Sequence record: NC_028945.1
Length of the DNA: 64,000 nucleotides
Strand: one strand, 5' to 3'
Shown: positions 1-9,974 of the stretch, piece by piece
Numbering within the stretch: the stretch's first letter is position 1
How the letters are laid out: every line of letters begins with the position of its first letter
Notes under the pieces: generated by a model
Told to the model about the DNA's origin: nothing
Databases searched by the model: none
The model's input: only the letters and a program-made list of their open reading frames with translations
Position numbers and translations under genes: made by a program

Positions 1-954
1 GCGACGTCCGATCTTGACGTCAACAACCCAATGACACTTGCATGCGCTCTGAATGACTTTGGCGCGCGGGGAACGTCGAGCGGCGAATCGGCGGCTCTTG
101 GTGGTCTTGCTCACGCAATCAACTTCCTTGGCTCTGATACGTTCGAAGCAATCGACGCAGCAATTGACTACTACGATCACGATCTTGACCGGGATGGACC
201 GGTTATCATTTCCGTTCCGGCAACCGAGCACTCGGTAACCACCATGAACGGCGAAGACGGCGAATGTGATTTTGCCGGACGCGTGATCGACACATTCACC
301 GAAATGGGTTTCCCGATCATTTCGATTGTGGCGGATTCGTTTGACCTTGACCGTTTCGTCTCGGATTACATCGGCACCGCTCTGAAAGAGAAAATCGAAA
401 CTCGTGATGGCTGGATTGTGGTTCGTCCCGACAGTGGCGTACCGGAAGAGATTGTTCCGCACGTCCTTCGCCTCTTGGACGACAAATTCGGAAGCACTGT
501 GAATTCGAAAGGATTTAAAGTTCTCAACCCGAAGGTTCGTGTCATTCAGGGCGATGGTGTCAACCGGGATTCGATTGATCGAATTCTTGAGGCAATGATG
601 GTTGCTGGTTTCTCTGCCGAGAACGTTGTCTTCGGCATGGGCGGGCAACTGCTTCAGGCACCGATGCGGGATGATTTCTCGTGGGCAATGAAGACCAACG
701 AAATCGTGGTCGATGGTGAAAAGATCGATGTCCAGAAGCGCCCGAAGACGGACATGTCGAAGGCAAGCAAGGCAGGACGTCAAGCTGTTGTCTTCAACGG
801 AAAGGAACTCGTTTCGATCCGGGAAAGCGATCTTATCAAAGCAAATGCCCGTGGTGGTCATGGTGTAAGAAACTGGCTGGAACTCGTATGGGATACCGGC
901 AAGGTTTATCGCACCCAAACGTTTGCCGAAGTGCGCGCAAACGCTAAACTTTAA
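1..954 (+). CDS. nadV: Nicotinamide phosphoribosyltransferase (5'-truncated by window edge)
   Basis: Frame open from base 1; NAMPT motifs LNDFGARG, EHS, VVRPDSG, IQGDGV, FGMGG. Confidence 0.93.
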   Translation, partial: ATSDLDVNNPMTLACALNDFGARGTSSGESAALGGLAHAINFLGSDTFEAIDAAIDYYDHDLDRDGPVIISVPATEHSVTTMNGEDGECDFAGRVIDTFTEMGFPIISIVADSFDLDRFVSDYIGTALKEKIETRDGWIVVRPDSGVPEEIVPHVLRLLDDKFGSTVNSKGFKVLNPKVRVIQGDGVNRDSIDRILEAMMVAGFSAENVVFGMGGQLLQAPMRDDFSWAMKTNEIVVDGEKIDVQKRPKTDMSKASKAGRQAVVFNGKELVSIRESDLIKANARGGHGVRNWLELVWDTGKVYRTQTFAEVRANAKL

Positions 955-965
955 GATCAAAATAT

Positions 966-991
966 TGGGTGGGGATTTCGGTCTCCACCCA
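966..991 (+). terminator. UUCG-loop hairpin after NAMPT (terminator or processing site)
   Basis: TGGGTGGGGAT-TTCG-GTCTCCACCCA; weak U tract. Confidence 0.55.
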
Positions 992-1013
992 TCTTCATAG
1001 ACAGGATATACAA

Positions 1014-1358
1014 TTGGGATACGGAACATCATACAAGCTTAAAGTCATCAACGAAGGCGACGACTACAACCGAGACTATGATATGGTAGTTGGTTGTACT
1101 CATGACGGCAAAGACGAAACCTTTGTTGAAAACTTCCTTGATCAAAGATACTTGTTCGGCAACAGTGAACAGCGCTGGTATGAACACGAACATGACATGC
1201 GGGTAATTTCAAAGAAGTTCCCCGGCGTTCTATTCATCTTGGAAGGTGAGGGCGAAGAAGCCGGTGACATCTGGCGCAAATACTTTAAATCTGGCAAGTG
1301 TCAGGACGCGCATGCCAAGATTACATTTGATGAATTCGATGAGTCTAAATTGAAATGA
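1014..1358 (+). CDS. Conserved phage hypothetical protein
   Basis: AGGA then TTG at 1014 (MGYGTSYKL...); LEGEGEEAGDIWRKYF motif typical of a common phage family. Confidence 0.7.
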   Translation: MGYGTSYKLKVINEGDDYNRDYDMVVGCTHDGKDETFVENFLDQRYLFGNSEQRWYEHEHDMRVISKKFPGVLFILEGEGEEAGDIWRKYFKSGKCQDAHAKITFDEFDESKLK

Positions 1359-1684
1359 ACTATTGGAATAACGCAACCGAAGATCAGAAGCTCGCACAAA
1401 TCAAGGCTGGTCTCGAATTGGGAATGACCCAAAAGCAAATCGCGATGAACCTGAAGGTGCCAAGCCATGTCATCCGGTTCTTTGCTCACAAACATCATCT
1501 GGACTTCTATGAAGTTTCGAACGCCGAACGCATTCGTAAGATGAACCTTGAATATACTCCCGAAACACGGGAGATTGAATTAAAACAAAAAATCGACAAT
1601 ACCTCTGTCACTTTTGCCTTTACAATCTTCAATAATTCAAATAATGATTGGGCAATGAATTTTCTGGATAATCCGAATGAGTAG
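1355..1684 (+). CDS. Hypothetical protein with N-terminal HTH-like segment
   Basis: GMTQKQIAMNLKV resembles an HTH; ATGA overlap. Confidence 0.6.
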   Translation: MNYWNNATEDQKLAQIKAGLELGMTQKQIAMNLKVPSHVIRFFAHKHHLDFYEVSNAERIRKMNLEYTPETREIELKQKIDNTSVTFAFTIFNNSNNDWAMNFLDNPNE

Positions 1685-1874
1685 ATCGCGTCACATCTAT
1701 ATCCTTGAACACGAAACCGACATTGACGTGTATGAGCTAATTGCGGCGTTCACGGTCAAGCATGAGGCACTTAGCTTCATTGATCGAAATTTCGAGGATA
1801 AGGAAACCTTGCGACTGTATCGGATTCCTGATGGTTCTATTGGTGAACCAGTTTACATTGACTTGAAAGGATAA
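1677..1874 (+). CDS. Hypothetical protein
   Basis: Coupled ORF in + strand run. Confidence 0.6.
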   Translation: MSRSRHIYILEHETDIDVYELIAAFTVKHEALSFIDRNFEDKETLRLYRIPDGSIGEPVYIDLKG

Positions 1875-1882
1875 GTTAAAAT

Positions 1883-2305
1883 ATGCCAATGCCGAATGGA
1901 ATGCCGATTCTCTATATCCTGATGCGGACCGATCTGGCTTCGCTCAATCCCGGTAAGATGGCAGCACAAGCAAGCCATGCCGCGAACATGTCTGTTGGTA
2001 GTGGACGTAAAGACGCGCCAAACCTCGTGTATGCGTGGGAGCGTGAAACCCCCTCTCATTGTGGCACCACGATTGTTCTGGACGGTGGTTCAATGGAGAA
2101 CATCAACGACATCATCAACGAAATCGCAGTAAAGAACTTTGGCAGCGATGCGGAATTTTCTTACGGCATTTGGCACGATCCGTCTTATCCGCTGCGCGAC
2201 GGCAATTTCACTCACCTGATCCCGCTTGACGTTTGCGGTTGGGTTTTCACCCGCGCGGGCGATCCCGCGCAACAAGTCCTGTCCACACTGGAACTACACC
2301 CATGA
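1883..2305 (+). CDS. Peptidyl-tRNA hydrolase type 2-like protein (divergent)
   Basis: YILMRTDL..LNPGKMAAQASHA is the Pth2 N-terminal motif; DAGRT replaced by DPSYP. Confidence 0.7.
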   Translation: MPMPNGMPILYILMRTDLASLNPGKMAAQASHAANMSVGSGRKDAPNLVYAWERETPSHCGTTIVLDGGSMENINDIINEIAVKNFGSDAEFSYGIWHDPSYPLRDGNFTHLIPLDVCGWVFTRAGDPAQQVLSTLELHP

Positions 2306-2499
2306 ATGTCGGCGAAGCAATAGAAGACGCCAACAAACTGAACCAAACGGGAGAACACCGGGAAGAGTGGTTTTATTATCCGGCATGGCACGAGCGCGAA
2401 TTTGACTGGTTCGTCGCCAGACGTCCTAAATCGACACCGGTATATGTGGCGATCTTCACCAGTGGCAAGCGCTCAATCAGTGAGAATGGCGGTCGATGA
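2302..2499 (+). CDS. Hypothetical protein
   Basis: ATGA overlaps at both ends; start at 2302. Confidence 0.55.
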   Translation: MNVGEAIEDANKLNQTGEHREEWFYYPAWHEREFDWFVARRPKSTPVYVAIFTSGKRSISENGGR

Positions 2500-2969
2500 A
2501 ATTTGTTCAAGGCGACATCACAGAAGCTCCGGAAGTGATCATCATCCACGGCTGTAATATGCAGGGAAAAATGAATTCCGGGGTTGCCAAGGCGCTTCGA
2601 AAGAAGTATCCGAGCATCTATCTCGACTATATCGAGTGTATGAATTCCGAAGGGATTTTCGGGCTTGGCGACCATGTCACGACATTGACGAAATCCAAAA
2701 TCATTGGGAATTTGTTGACGCAAGATCGTTATGGTTATGACGGCGCGGAATATGCGTCACTTGATGCAATCGAGTCGGCGCTGAAGAGCTTCATCATCGA
2801 TTTCGAGGATTTCTTCGGAAGTCACATACCAGCTATTGCTACTCCGAAAATTGGGTGTGGTCGCGGCGGACTACAGTGGAATGATGTCAGGGGAATATTA
2901 GAAAAGATTGAAAAAGAATACAATGTAGAATTCGTTGTTTACGATATTCCGGACGAATTCACCAAATGA
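2496..2969 (+). CDS. Macrodomain protein (T4 Tk.4-like ADP-ribose binding/hydrolase)
   Basis: VQGDITEA..IIHGCN..G.M.SGVAKAL, PKIGCGRGGL.W. Confidence 0.9.
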   Translation: MKFVQGDITEAPEVIIIHGCNMQGKMNSGVAKALRKKYPSIYLDYIECMNSEGIFGLGDHVTTLTKSKIIGNLLTQDRYGYDGAEYASLDAIESALKSFIIDFEDFFGSHIPAIATPKIGCGRGGLQWNDVRGILEKIEKEYNVEFVVYDIPDEFTK

Positions 2970-3274
2970 GGGAACTATTCGTGTTTGAGGACATCAACGA
3001 AACCGCAAAAGACTTAGCCGGGGTTATCACGAGGATGGAAGACGCGGAAACGGTCGCATCCGTGATTCGCAATGCTCTGGTGGTCGAACGCACCGCACAC
3101 ATGCCCGACGTAAATCAGGTGGTTCCGTTGCTGGTCTTCCTCTATTACCTGATGGAAGAGAAGGGCGGCAACCTGATGTATGGTTCGCGCACGCTTGATG
3201 AAGCCTTCGACGCGGCATGCACGCTGTCAAAAATCGACAAGACCAAGATTATCGAGACCTTCAAGAATGATTGA
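2966..3274 (+). CDS. Hypothetical protein
   Basis: ATGA overlap. Confidence 0.6.
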   Translation: MRELFVFEDINETAKDLAGVITRMEDAETVASVIRNALVVERTAHMPDVNQVVPLLVFLYYLMEEKGGNLMYGSRTLDEAFDAACTLSKIDKTKIIETFKND

Positions 3275-3371
3275 TTTTATCATTGACATTCTTGCCGAAC
3301 TGCCATGGCAAGCGCTTCTGATTCTCCTTGTCATTGCCTTGTTCATCTACATCGCGATCTTATTGATTTGA
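3267..3371 (+). CDS. 34-aa membrane peptide
   Basis: MIDFIIDILAELPWQALLILLVIALFIYIAILLI, one TM helix. Confidence 0.5.
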   Translation: MIDFIIDILAELPWQALLILLVIALFIYIAILLI

Positions 3372-3478
3372 CAACCTTGATCCTCTGGCAAATCTTTTTT
3401 GCCTCAGTTCCGGCTTTAGTGATCCTTTGGGCGGTCTTCGGACCTAAATAAGACTTTCAAACAGAGAGTCTTATTCCC

Positions 3479-3892
3479 ATGTTTCAGCAATTCAATCTGT
3501 ACATCATCATCGGTTTGATTCTCGCGCTGGTCGCCACGTCCGGTGGCTTCTATCTGTATCGACGCATTACCGTTGCCGAGATTGCCGCTCTTGAACAGAA
3601 GAACGCCACACTCACGCTTGCGGTCGATCAACAGAAGAAGACCATCGAACAGATGATCAAGGACGCCGAAGCACTGGCGAACGCCAACAAATTCCTGTCG
3701 GACCGCATGGCTGAAACTGAAACCCAATTCGTGGACGAATGGAGCGCCATCAATGCGCTTGATCTGGCGTCCGAAGCTGTCACTGGCAACCCCGCTGAAC
3801 TGGAACAGAAAATCAATGACGAATTTAACAAATCTATCGAAGCTCTTCGCAATTCTACTGGTCGCGGCAACACTGGCAAGCTGCCAAACTAA
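3479..3892 (+). CDS. Inner-membrane spanin (Rz/PseT.3-like)
   Basis: N-terminal TM helix then long coiled coil; overlaps a lipoprotein gene. Confidence 0.75.
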   Translation: MFQQFNLYIIIGLILALVATSGGFYLYRRITVAEIAALEQKNATLTLAVDQQKKTIEQMIKDAEALANANKFLSDRMAETETQFVDEWSAINALDLASEAVTGNPAELEQKINDEFNKSIEALRNSTGRGNTGKLPN

Positions 3893-4163
3893 AGAGAAGC
3901 CGCTCACCATTCGCACGATCCCGGTCGAACGATCCGTTCCGAAGCAGGATGCACCGCGTCCGCTGAATATCGGCAATCCACGCTTCGTGGTCATCACCGC
4001 GAAGAACTTCGAAGAATATCGCGAAAAGCTGATGTCCGGCAAGCTGGTGATCGTCGGCATGACTCAGGACGACTATAAGACTTTGCTAAAGAACCAAGCC
4101 GAATATAAGCGCTACATCGAACAGCAAAAAGCAATCATCGTCTATTACGAACAAAACCTCTAA
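3816..4163 (+). CDS. Outer-membrane spanin lipoprotein (Rz1/PseT.2-like)
   Basis: ATG 3816; signal peptide with lipobox LASC; Pro-rich stretch; partly overlaps the i-spanin. Confidence 0.75.
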   Translation: MTNLTNLSKLFAILLVAATLASCQTKEKPLTIRTIPVERSVPKQDAPRPLNIGNPRFVVITAKNFEEYREKLMSGKLVIVGMTQDDYKTLLKNQAEYKRYIEQQKAIIVYYEQNL

Positions 4164-4182
4164 ACAAAAAGTTGATTTAATT

Positions 4183-4545
4183 ATGACTTCCATTAGTGAT
4201 CACGAAATTTTCAAGCGTCTGGAAACGCGTATTGAGAACGCGAACTATTCTATGAAGCATTGGGGCGATAGCTGGATTTCCTACGTGACCTTCCAGTTTC
4301 CGAACGGCTGGTTCAATGGCGTGAAGATCGAAGTTGAAAGATTCTTGGATCACGAAATGACGATCAAGCTGATGATCGTTCGCACCGGCATTTTCAGTAG
4401 CGAATGGATCGACCGCGTCGACATGCCCGCCGAACTGGTCAACAAGCTCGAAACCATGGCGAGTGAAATCGACAACGAGCATTGGCAGCGAAGGAAAGAC
4501 GAAGTCAATTTGAGAAAGAAGGCAGCACTCGACAACTGCCAATAG
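4183..4545 (+). CDS. Hypothetical protein
   Basis: ORF in + strand run. Confidence 0.6.
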   Translation: MTSISDHEIFKRLETRIENANYSMKHWGDSWISYVTFQFPNGWFNGVKIEVERFLDHEMTIKLMIVRTGIFSSEWIDRVDMPAELVNKLETMASEIDNEHWQRRKDEVNLRKKAALDNCQ

Positions 4546-4551
4546 GACACC

Positions 4552-5157
4552 ATGACTAAAGTTAGACTTATCGGCGATCTTCATGGAGACATGAACGCCT
4601 ATCTCAATATCATTTCAGATTGTGATCGCTCTATTCAGGTTGGCGATTTCGGAATCGGTTTCATCCGCTCACTCCCCGTCGTTGATCCGAACAAGCACGA
4701 ATTCATTCGCGGCAATCACGATGATCCGTCCGCATGCAAGCGACAGGCGGCATACATTCCAGACGGCACCATTCGCAACGATGTGATGTTTGTCGGCGGC
4801 GCATACTCGATTGATTGGGCATATCGCACTCCGGGCTTGTCGTGGTGGGATGACGAAGAGTGTTCGCCTGAACAACTCGAAAGCTTCATTGAAAAATACA
4901 TCGAAGCCAAGCCGCGCGTCATGGTGACTCATGAGACTCCCGACTGCATCGCCGATGTGATGTGTAGCGATATGAAGTGGAAGAAGTTCCCGGTTCCTTC
5001 GCGCACGCGCGATGCCTTTCAAGTCATGTGGGAGCACCACCAGCCGGAATATTGGTTCTTCGGTCACTGGCATTTGCCGTGGCAACGAACCATTGGCGAC
5101 ACGACGTTCATGTGCATCGACGTTAACGATTACGTGGACATTGATCTAGATATTTGA
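4552..5157 (+). CDS. Calcineurin-like metallophosphoesterase
   Basis: IGDLHG, VGDFG, RGNHD, THE, FGHWH. Confidence 0.9.
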   Translation: MTKVRLIGDLHGDMNAYLNIISDCDRSIQVGDFGIGFIRSLPVVDPNKHEFIRGNHDDPSACKRQAAYIPDGTIRNDVMFVGGAYSIDWAYRTPGLSWWDDEECSPEQLESFIEKYIEAKPRVMVTHETPDCIADVMCSDMKWKKFPVPSRTRDAFQVMWEHHQPEYWFFGHWHLPWQRTIGDTTFMCIDVNDYVDIDLDI

Positions 5158-5168
5158 GGACTACCCGA

Positions 5169-5651
5169 ATGCGGTTCATCGCTTTGATACTCGCATACTC
5201 ACTCTTTGTCGGCTCTGCCCAAGCGGAACAGATGGTTTACACCATCAAGAAAGACGGTGGTGGGATAACGACCGAATACCAAGCCAAATATGAACAATGG
5301 TCCAAACAAGGTGCCAAGGTCATCATTGATGGCGAATGCGCCAGCGCTTGTACACTCGTGGTCTCGACAAAATACAATCTGGACGTCTGTGCGACCGACA
5401 ACGCACAACTGTTATTCCACAAGCCATTCTACATCACCAAGATCAACGATAAGAAGCTGATCTTGCGCGGCACCTACTACAGGAAGAAATCCAACAGCGA
5501 TTGGATCAGGCTATTTGTGGATGTCATGCCGAGTAGCATCAGGAAGGTTTTTCTAACCGCTCCGATCCCAAGCGTCTATGACGGCGACGGACAGAACGAC
5601 ATGAGAGGGTGGAACGCACCCAAAATCTTCAAACATGTCAAGAAATGCTGA
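5169..5651 (+). CDS. Secreted/periplasmic protein (ClpP/crotonase-like host-type family)
   Basis: Signal peptide ending AQA; DGGG...IDGECASACTL...FH motif. Confidence 0.6.
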   Translation: MRFIALILAYSLFVGSAQAEQMVYTIKKDGGGITTEYQAKYEQWSKQGAKVIIDGECASACTLVVSTKYNLDVCATDNAQLLFHKPFYITKINDKKLILRGTYYRKKSNSDWIRLFVDVMPSSIRKVFLTAPIPSVYDGDGQNDMRGWNAPKIFKHVKKC

Positions 5652-5719
5652 TTCTGGTCGGCGCGCAAGTCACGGAAATCGCAGTCGAAATTCCTATTTG
5701 TTTTGAACAATTCAACGCA

Positions 5720-5790
5720 AATTTCAAATAAATTAAAATTTTTAAATGTCCTATTGACATAACAGTGTCTCATTCACATATTGCATTCAT
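5720..5790 (+). promoter_or_regulatory. Early sigma70-type promoter with AT-rich upstream element
   Basis: AT-rich tract then TTGACA at 5754. Confidence 0.65.
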
Positions 5791-5831
5791 TACAACGAGT
5801 TAGTGAATGACAACCAAAGAAGGGATACGTT

Positions 5832-6572
5832 ATGACCATCAAGCTCGAATCAATCGTCACATGGGTTCCGTTCGGTTACGGCATGATTGCCCGGAAGCTG
5901 TCCGACGATCCAACCACGGAAGAAGACCCCATCGTTGTGTTCACGCATAAGATGGCGGTCGGCGGCAAATACCACAACGGCGAACCGATCCTTTCTCAGA
6001 AAGAGGAAAGGAAGATGTTCAAGGAAGTGGATGCTCTGATTGCGACCCTGAACGAAAACTTCACGCACAACAACGATTTCGTCAAGGTCGGCAGCGCCTA
6101 CAACCAGCCGAGGAAGCCGCGCAAGCCACGGCAAACCGAAGTCGCCAACGAAAACGTTGAAGACGAAAAGCATCCGGAGATTGTCGAACACCACGAGACC
6201 CCGGACAATCTGAAGGACGTGACACCACCGAAGAAGGTTGCTTCCACAAAGCGGGTGGCACTCTCCCCGCCGCAGATGACCAAGGAAGAGCTTACACGGG
6301 AAAAACGGATCGCAGGACTGGTAAAGGCCCGTGCCGCACGTCTGGCGAAATTGGCGGCGGCAAAGGCACCAGAACCGGTGAAGCAGGAAGAACAGATGAC
6401 GACCCGACGACGTGGCGGACGTCGCAAGTCGGAAGCAATCACAGAAGCCAAGGTCGAACGCCGGACGCGCCGAATGAAGAAGGTCGAGGAAGACCCAAAA
6501 CGCGCAAAGATGCTCGAAAACTTGGCTAAGGCCCGTGCCGCACGAGCATTGAAGCGGGCGGGTGTCAAATAA
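5832..6572 (+). CDS. Hypothetical protein with very basic, repetitive C-terminus
   Basis: K/R/A-rich tail; KARAAR twice; own promoter and terminator. Confidence 0.75.
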   Translation: MTIKLESIVTWVPFGYGMIARKLSDDPTTEEDPIVVFTHKMAVGGKYHNGEPILSQKEERKMFKEVDALIATLNENFTHNNDFVKVGSAYNQPRKPRKPRQTEVANENVEDEKHPEIVEHHETPDNLKDVTPPKKVASTKRVALSPPQMTKEELTREKRIAGLVKARAARLAKLAAAKAPEPVKQEEQMTTRRRGGRRKSEAITEAKVERRTRRMKKVEEDPKRAKMLENLAKARAARALKRAGVK

Positions 6573-6597
6573 GAAGACTACAAACCACCATCAATAA

Positions 6598-6622
6598 AGC
6601 CGCCTTCGGGCGGCTATTTTTT
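6598..6622 (+). terminator. Intrinsic terminator
   Basis: AGCCGCC-TTCG-GGCGGCT-A-TTTTTT. Confidence 0.9.
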
Positions 6623-6702
6623 GAAATAATGATTGACACGATCAGTCGCTTGTTATACCTAAGTTTGAATAATCCCCAATATTTCAAACAATAGGATTTT
6701 TA

Positions 6703-7767
6703 ATGAGCGAAATCAAACGCGTATTGGCTGAACTTGTCGAAATTACCGAAAAGGAAGCGATTGAAGGTGCCGATCTTGTCGAACTGATCAAGGTCCGTGG
6801 ATGGCAGGTTGTGGCACAGAAGGGTATTCACGAAGTCGGCGACATCGTTGTCTATTTCTCGATTGACGCACTGCTTCCGGAAATCCCGGAATTCGAATGG
6901 CTTCGTGAGCGCTGCTTTGTCACCGAGAACTCGTCTCAAGAAGGTCCGGGTTTCCGCATCAAGACGATCAAGCTTCGCGGGCAAGTATCGCAAGGTGTGA
7001 TCGTGCCGCTTCGTGAATTGCGCCATCTGTTCGCCGAAGACGAAGAACTGTTTCCCGGCGTTGACGTCACCGAGCTACTGAACGTCAAGAAGTTCGAAAA
7101 GCCGCTTCCCTCGCATCTTCGCGGTCGCGCCAAGGGCAATTTCCCGTCGTTCGTTCCGAAGACCGATGAAGAGCGAATCCAGAATTTCTACGGGCGCTTC
7201 GTCCATAAGTACATCGATCACGAATGGGAAGTGTCGTTGAAGCTGGACGGCTCTTCGATGACGACCTACATACACCCGCTCGAATTCACTTTTGGTGTGT
7301 GCTCGCGCAATCTCGATTTGACCGAAACCGAAGACAACACGTTTTGGCAGACGGCGCGCAAGCTGGACATCGAAAATGCGGTTCGTGACTATTACGAGAC
7401 GACCGGCATTGCCGTTGCGACTCAGGGCGAACTGATGGGTCCGGGTGTTCAGCATAATCGTGAGAACCTGAAGGAACACGATTACTACATCTTCAACATC
7501 TTCAACATCAACGAACAGAAGTATTTCACCGCGCACGAGCGCAAGACCTTCTGTCATACATACGGACTGAAGGTGGCTCCGATCTACGGCATTCAGAAGT
7601 TCGATGACATTGGTGTCAACGGCTTCCTTGACTTGGCTGACACGGGTTTTGGTGGCAAGTCGATCAATCATCCGATTCGCGAAGGTCTGGTGTTCAAGTC
7701 GGTCAATAATCCGTCGATTTCCTTCAAGGCGATTTCCAACCGGTTCCTCCTGAAAGAGAAGGATTAA
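6703..7767 (+). CDS. RNA ligase, DRB0094/Rnl5 family
   Basis: N-terminal GWQVV domain, KLDGSS (motif I), QGELMGPGVQ, EGLVFK, SFKAISN.FLLK. Confidence 0.88.
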   Translation: MSEIKRVLAELVEITEKEAIEGADLVELIKVRGWQVVAQKGIHEVGDIVVYFSIDALLPEIPEFEWLRERCFVTENSSQEGPGFRIKTIKLRGQVSQGVIVPLRELRHLFAEDEELFPGVDVTELLNVKKFEKPLPSHLRGRAKGNFPSFVPKTDEERIQNFYGRFVHKYIDHEWEVSLKLDGSSMTTYIHPLEFTFGVCSRNLDLTETEDNTFWQTARKLDIENAVRDYYETTGIAVATQGELMGPGVQHNRENLKEHDYYIFNIFNINEQKYFTAHERKTFCHTYGLKVAPIYGIQKFDDIGVNGFLDLADTGFGGKSINHPIREGLVFKSVNNPSISFKAISNRFLLKEKD

Positions 7768-8162
7768 TGGATAACCAAATTGATTTCGAACATGGGTTGT
7801 TCAAGCCCCAACCACCCAAAGAATTGACTGATTTGATCGTGGATATTTTCTCTGCCGTTTTGGCGGCAGAGACCCTACCGGAGAAATTTCATCTGAATGT
7901 GGATAAGCGAAGAATTTCAATTGAGATTGGAAGTCCGATAAGGAAGATTGATATCTATGTGTCGGAAAGCTCGTGTTTCATTTACATCGTCAAAGGCGCG
8001 TGGCGTCTAGTCATCAGCGATTACACGGAAGTGTTTTGGTCGAAATATAGGTCGCGTCTGTCAAAGATCAGAAACGACTACATGAACAACCGGTTCAAGT
8101 CGGACGTTGATTTTGGCGAGGTCAACGAAATGCTCCGCAGCATGTTGGAACAGATTAAATGA
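7767..8162 (+). CDS. Hypothetical protein
   Basis: TAATG coupling. Confidence 0.65.
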   Translation: MDNQIDFEHGLFKPQPPKELTDLIVDIFSAVLAAETLPEKFHLNVDKRRISIEIGSPIRKIDIYVSESSCFIYIVKGAWRLVISDYTEVFWSKYRSRLSKIRNDYMNNRFKSDVDFGEVNEMLRSMLEQIK

Positions 8163-8692
8163 TGTTCCCTTATCCTGATCGGTTTTACGCGGGCATTGGT
8201 TCACGCGAGACCCCGCAAGTCATTCTTAACGATATGACTGATATTTGCCGACAACTTTACGCGACCCACACATGCCGGTCTGGTGGTGCTGGTGGTGCGG
8301 ACAGCGCTTGTGAAACCGGCGCGGGTGATCACAAGCAAATCTTCCTTCCCTATGACGGTTTCAATGGTCGCCACGTTGATGACGTCTACTTCTTCAAACT
8401 TACTGGCGAAATCGAAAAGCAAGCTCGCAAGATGGCTGAATACTATCATCCGGCTTGGTCGCGTTGTTCTTTCGCGGCTAGGCGCTTCCATACGCGCAAT
8501 GTTCCACAAGTCCTTGGTCCTGATCTAAAGACCCCGGTTGAATTCGTTCTCTGTTACACAGAACGGGGATTGATGAAGGGTGGCACCGCACAAGCACTCC
8601 GGATCGCCAAGGACCACGACATACCGATTTTCAATCTCGGTAAGTACACCAAGAATGACGTTCTCTATCTGCTTCAGGCATATGTGAAATGA
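8159..8692 (+). CDS. SLOG/DprA-like Rossmann-fold protein
   Basis: YAGIGSRETP, RSGGAGGADSACE, GGTAQA. Confidence 0.8.
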   Translation: MMFPYPDRFYAGIGSRETPQVILNDMTDICRQLYATHTCRSGGAGGADSACETGAGDHKQIFLPYDGFNGRHVDDVYFFKLTGEIEKQARKMAEYYHPAWSRCSFAARRFHTRNVPQVLGPDLKTPVEFVLCYTERGLMKGGTAQALRIAKDHDIPIFNLGKYTKNDVLYLLQAYVK

Positions 8693-8804
8693 AACGCACG
8701 ATTTCAGTGACCGACTCGCTTGGTCATCACCACGAACAAACCATCTACTTTAGTGATCCCGTCAAAGCAACGCGGGATTACCTTTCTTTCAAGAGGAATA
8801 TCCA

Positions 8805-9017
8805 ATGTCCGACACCGTTGACGACTACACCATTTTTGAAATGCATCCCACGCAAGACCCAACTCAAACCCTAACGTTCACCGTCACCAATATCGCTCTC
8901 GACGGCTTTGCGGAACTGTTTCCGTGGCTTGATGTGCGGGATACGCTCCAAACCATCGCAGACAACACCTATGCCGATGAATTAGCCGCAAAGGAAGACG
9001 AAGAAATTGACAGTTGA
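8805..9017 (+). CDS. Hypothetical acidic protein
   Basis: GAGGA upstream of ATG. Confidence 0.55.
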   Translation: MSDTVDDYTIFEMHPTQDPTQTLTFTVTNIALDGFAELFPWLDVRDTLQTIADNTYADELAAKEDEEIDS

Positions 9018-9573
9018 ATTTCTTGATTTGGATCAGCTTCAGGGCGAACACATTCTGAACACCGCCCCGGTCTGGACCACCGCTAAAGACACATATGGCG
9101 ACGAAAACGACGTCATGGCAATCGGCATCAGTGGCTACACATACGTATTCACCGAAAATTCATGTGATGGTTATCGCTCCTACATGAACCAAGTCGAGAG
9201 ATATCCCGGACTCAATACCGAATTTCTGAAGGGTGCCGCTCCGGTCAATCGCAAAGTGTCGATCACCTATGATGACGGTAGCAACAAGGGATACCCGCGC
9301 AACAACGACCCGGATGATCTGATTCACATCACCGACGTCGCGACCGGTCATCATTGGGGTACACTCGGAACACGGGCGGTCAAGGACTATTACCCGACAT
9401 GTGTAATGGACTGGCATCCGCTGGACCCGTCGAAGATGATCGATTTCAAATTCAAAAATATCGATGACAGAAGCGCGCATGCGTTGGCGGAAGCGTTCCA
9501 CTATGACGAAGTGACGATTCAAGCCCGTCGTGGTGACACTGCCTATGTCGCAACCTTCAGGAAGGATAAATGA
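9007..9573 (+). CDS. Hypothetical protein
   Basis: TTG start; DGYRS and DYYP motifs seen in phage proteins. Confidence 0.65.
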   Translation: MTVEFLDLDQLQGEHILNTAPVWTTAKDTYGDENDVMAIGISGYTYVFTENSCDGYRSYMNQVERYPGLNTEFLKGAAPVNRKVSITYDDGSNKGYPRNNDPDDLIHITDVATGHHWGTLGTRAVKDYYPTCVMDWHPLDPSKMIDFKFKNIDDRSAHALAEAFHYDEVTIQARRGDTAYVATFRKDK

Positions 9574-9794
9574 GACTCTACAAGAATGGCATAGAGTGGG
9601 GCGGACCGAATAGCGATTGGTATTGGTTCTACTGGTGGAATTGGCTACCGAAGGAATTTCGCTATTTTGGATATGAACAAGATTGGTATGACGGTCCGTT
9701 GTTTCATTTCGGTTTCTGGTATTTCAATTGGTCTTGGAATTTCTCCCCTTGGTATTTGATCAAGGATTTTTTCAAAGGGAACAAGGATAAGTGA
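9570..9794 (+). CDS. Trp/Phe/Tyr-rich hypothetical protein
   Basis: ATGA overlap; strongly aromatic composition. Confidence 0.55.
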   Translation: MRLYKNGIEWGGPNSDWYWFYWWNWLPKEFRYFGYEQDWYDGPLFHFGFWYFNWSWNFSPWYLIKDFFKGNKDK

Positions 9795-9974
9795 AGAATA
9801 ACGAGCGAAGCACCGTCTTCGGTCATGGATTTCCATTTCTGGTATACAAGACTCCTGCCGGATATAACATTTCTCATGAAGGCAAATGGGTTTGGCGGGC
9901 GAAGACGATTTCGGAAGTCAACCGAGTGGTGCGGAATTTCGGGTTAAAATATCTCCGGAATTCGATTTAATTTC

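Noticed and set aside
1355-1684. GcrA homolog
   Set aside because: Only a generic HTH resemblance; the GcrA signature and C-terminal domain are missing.
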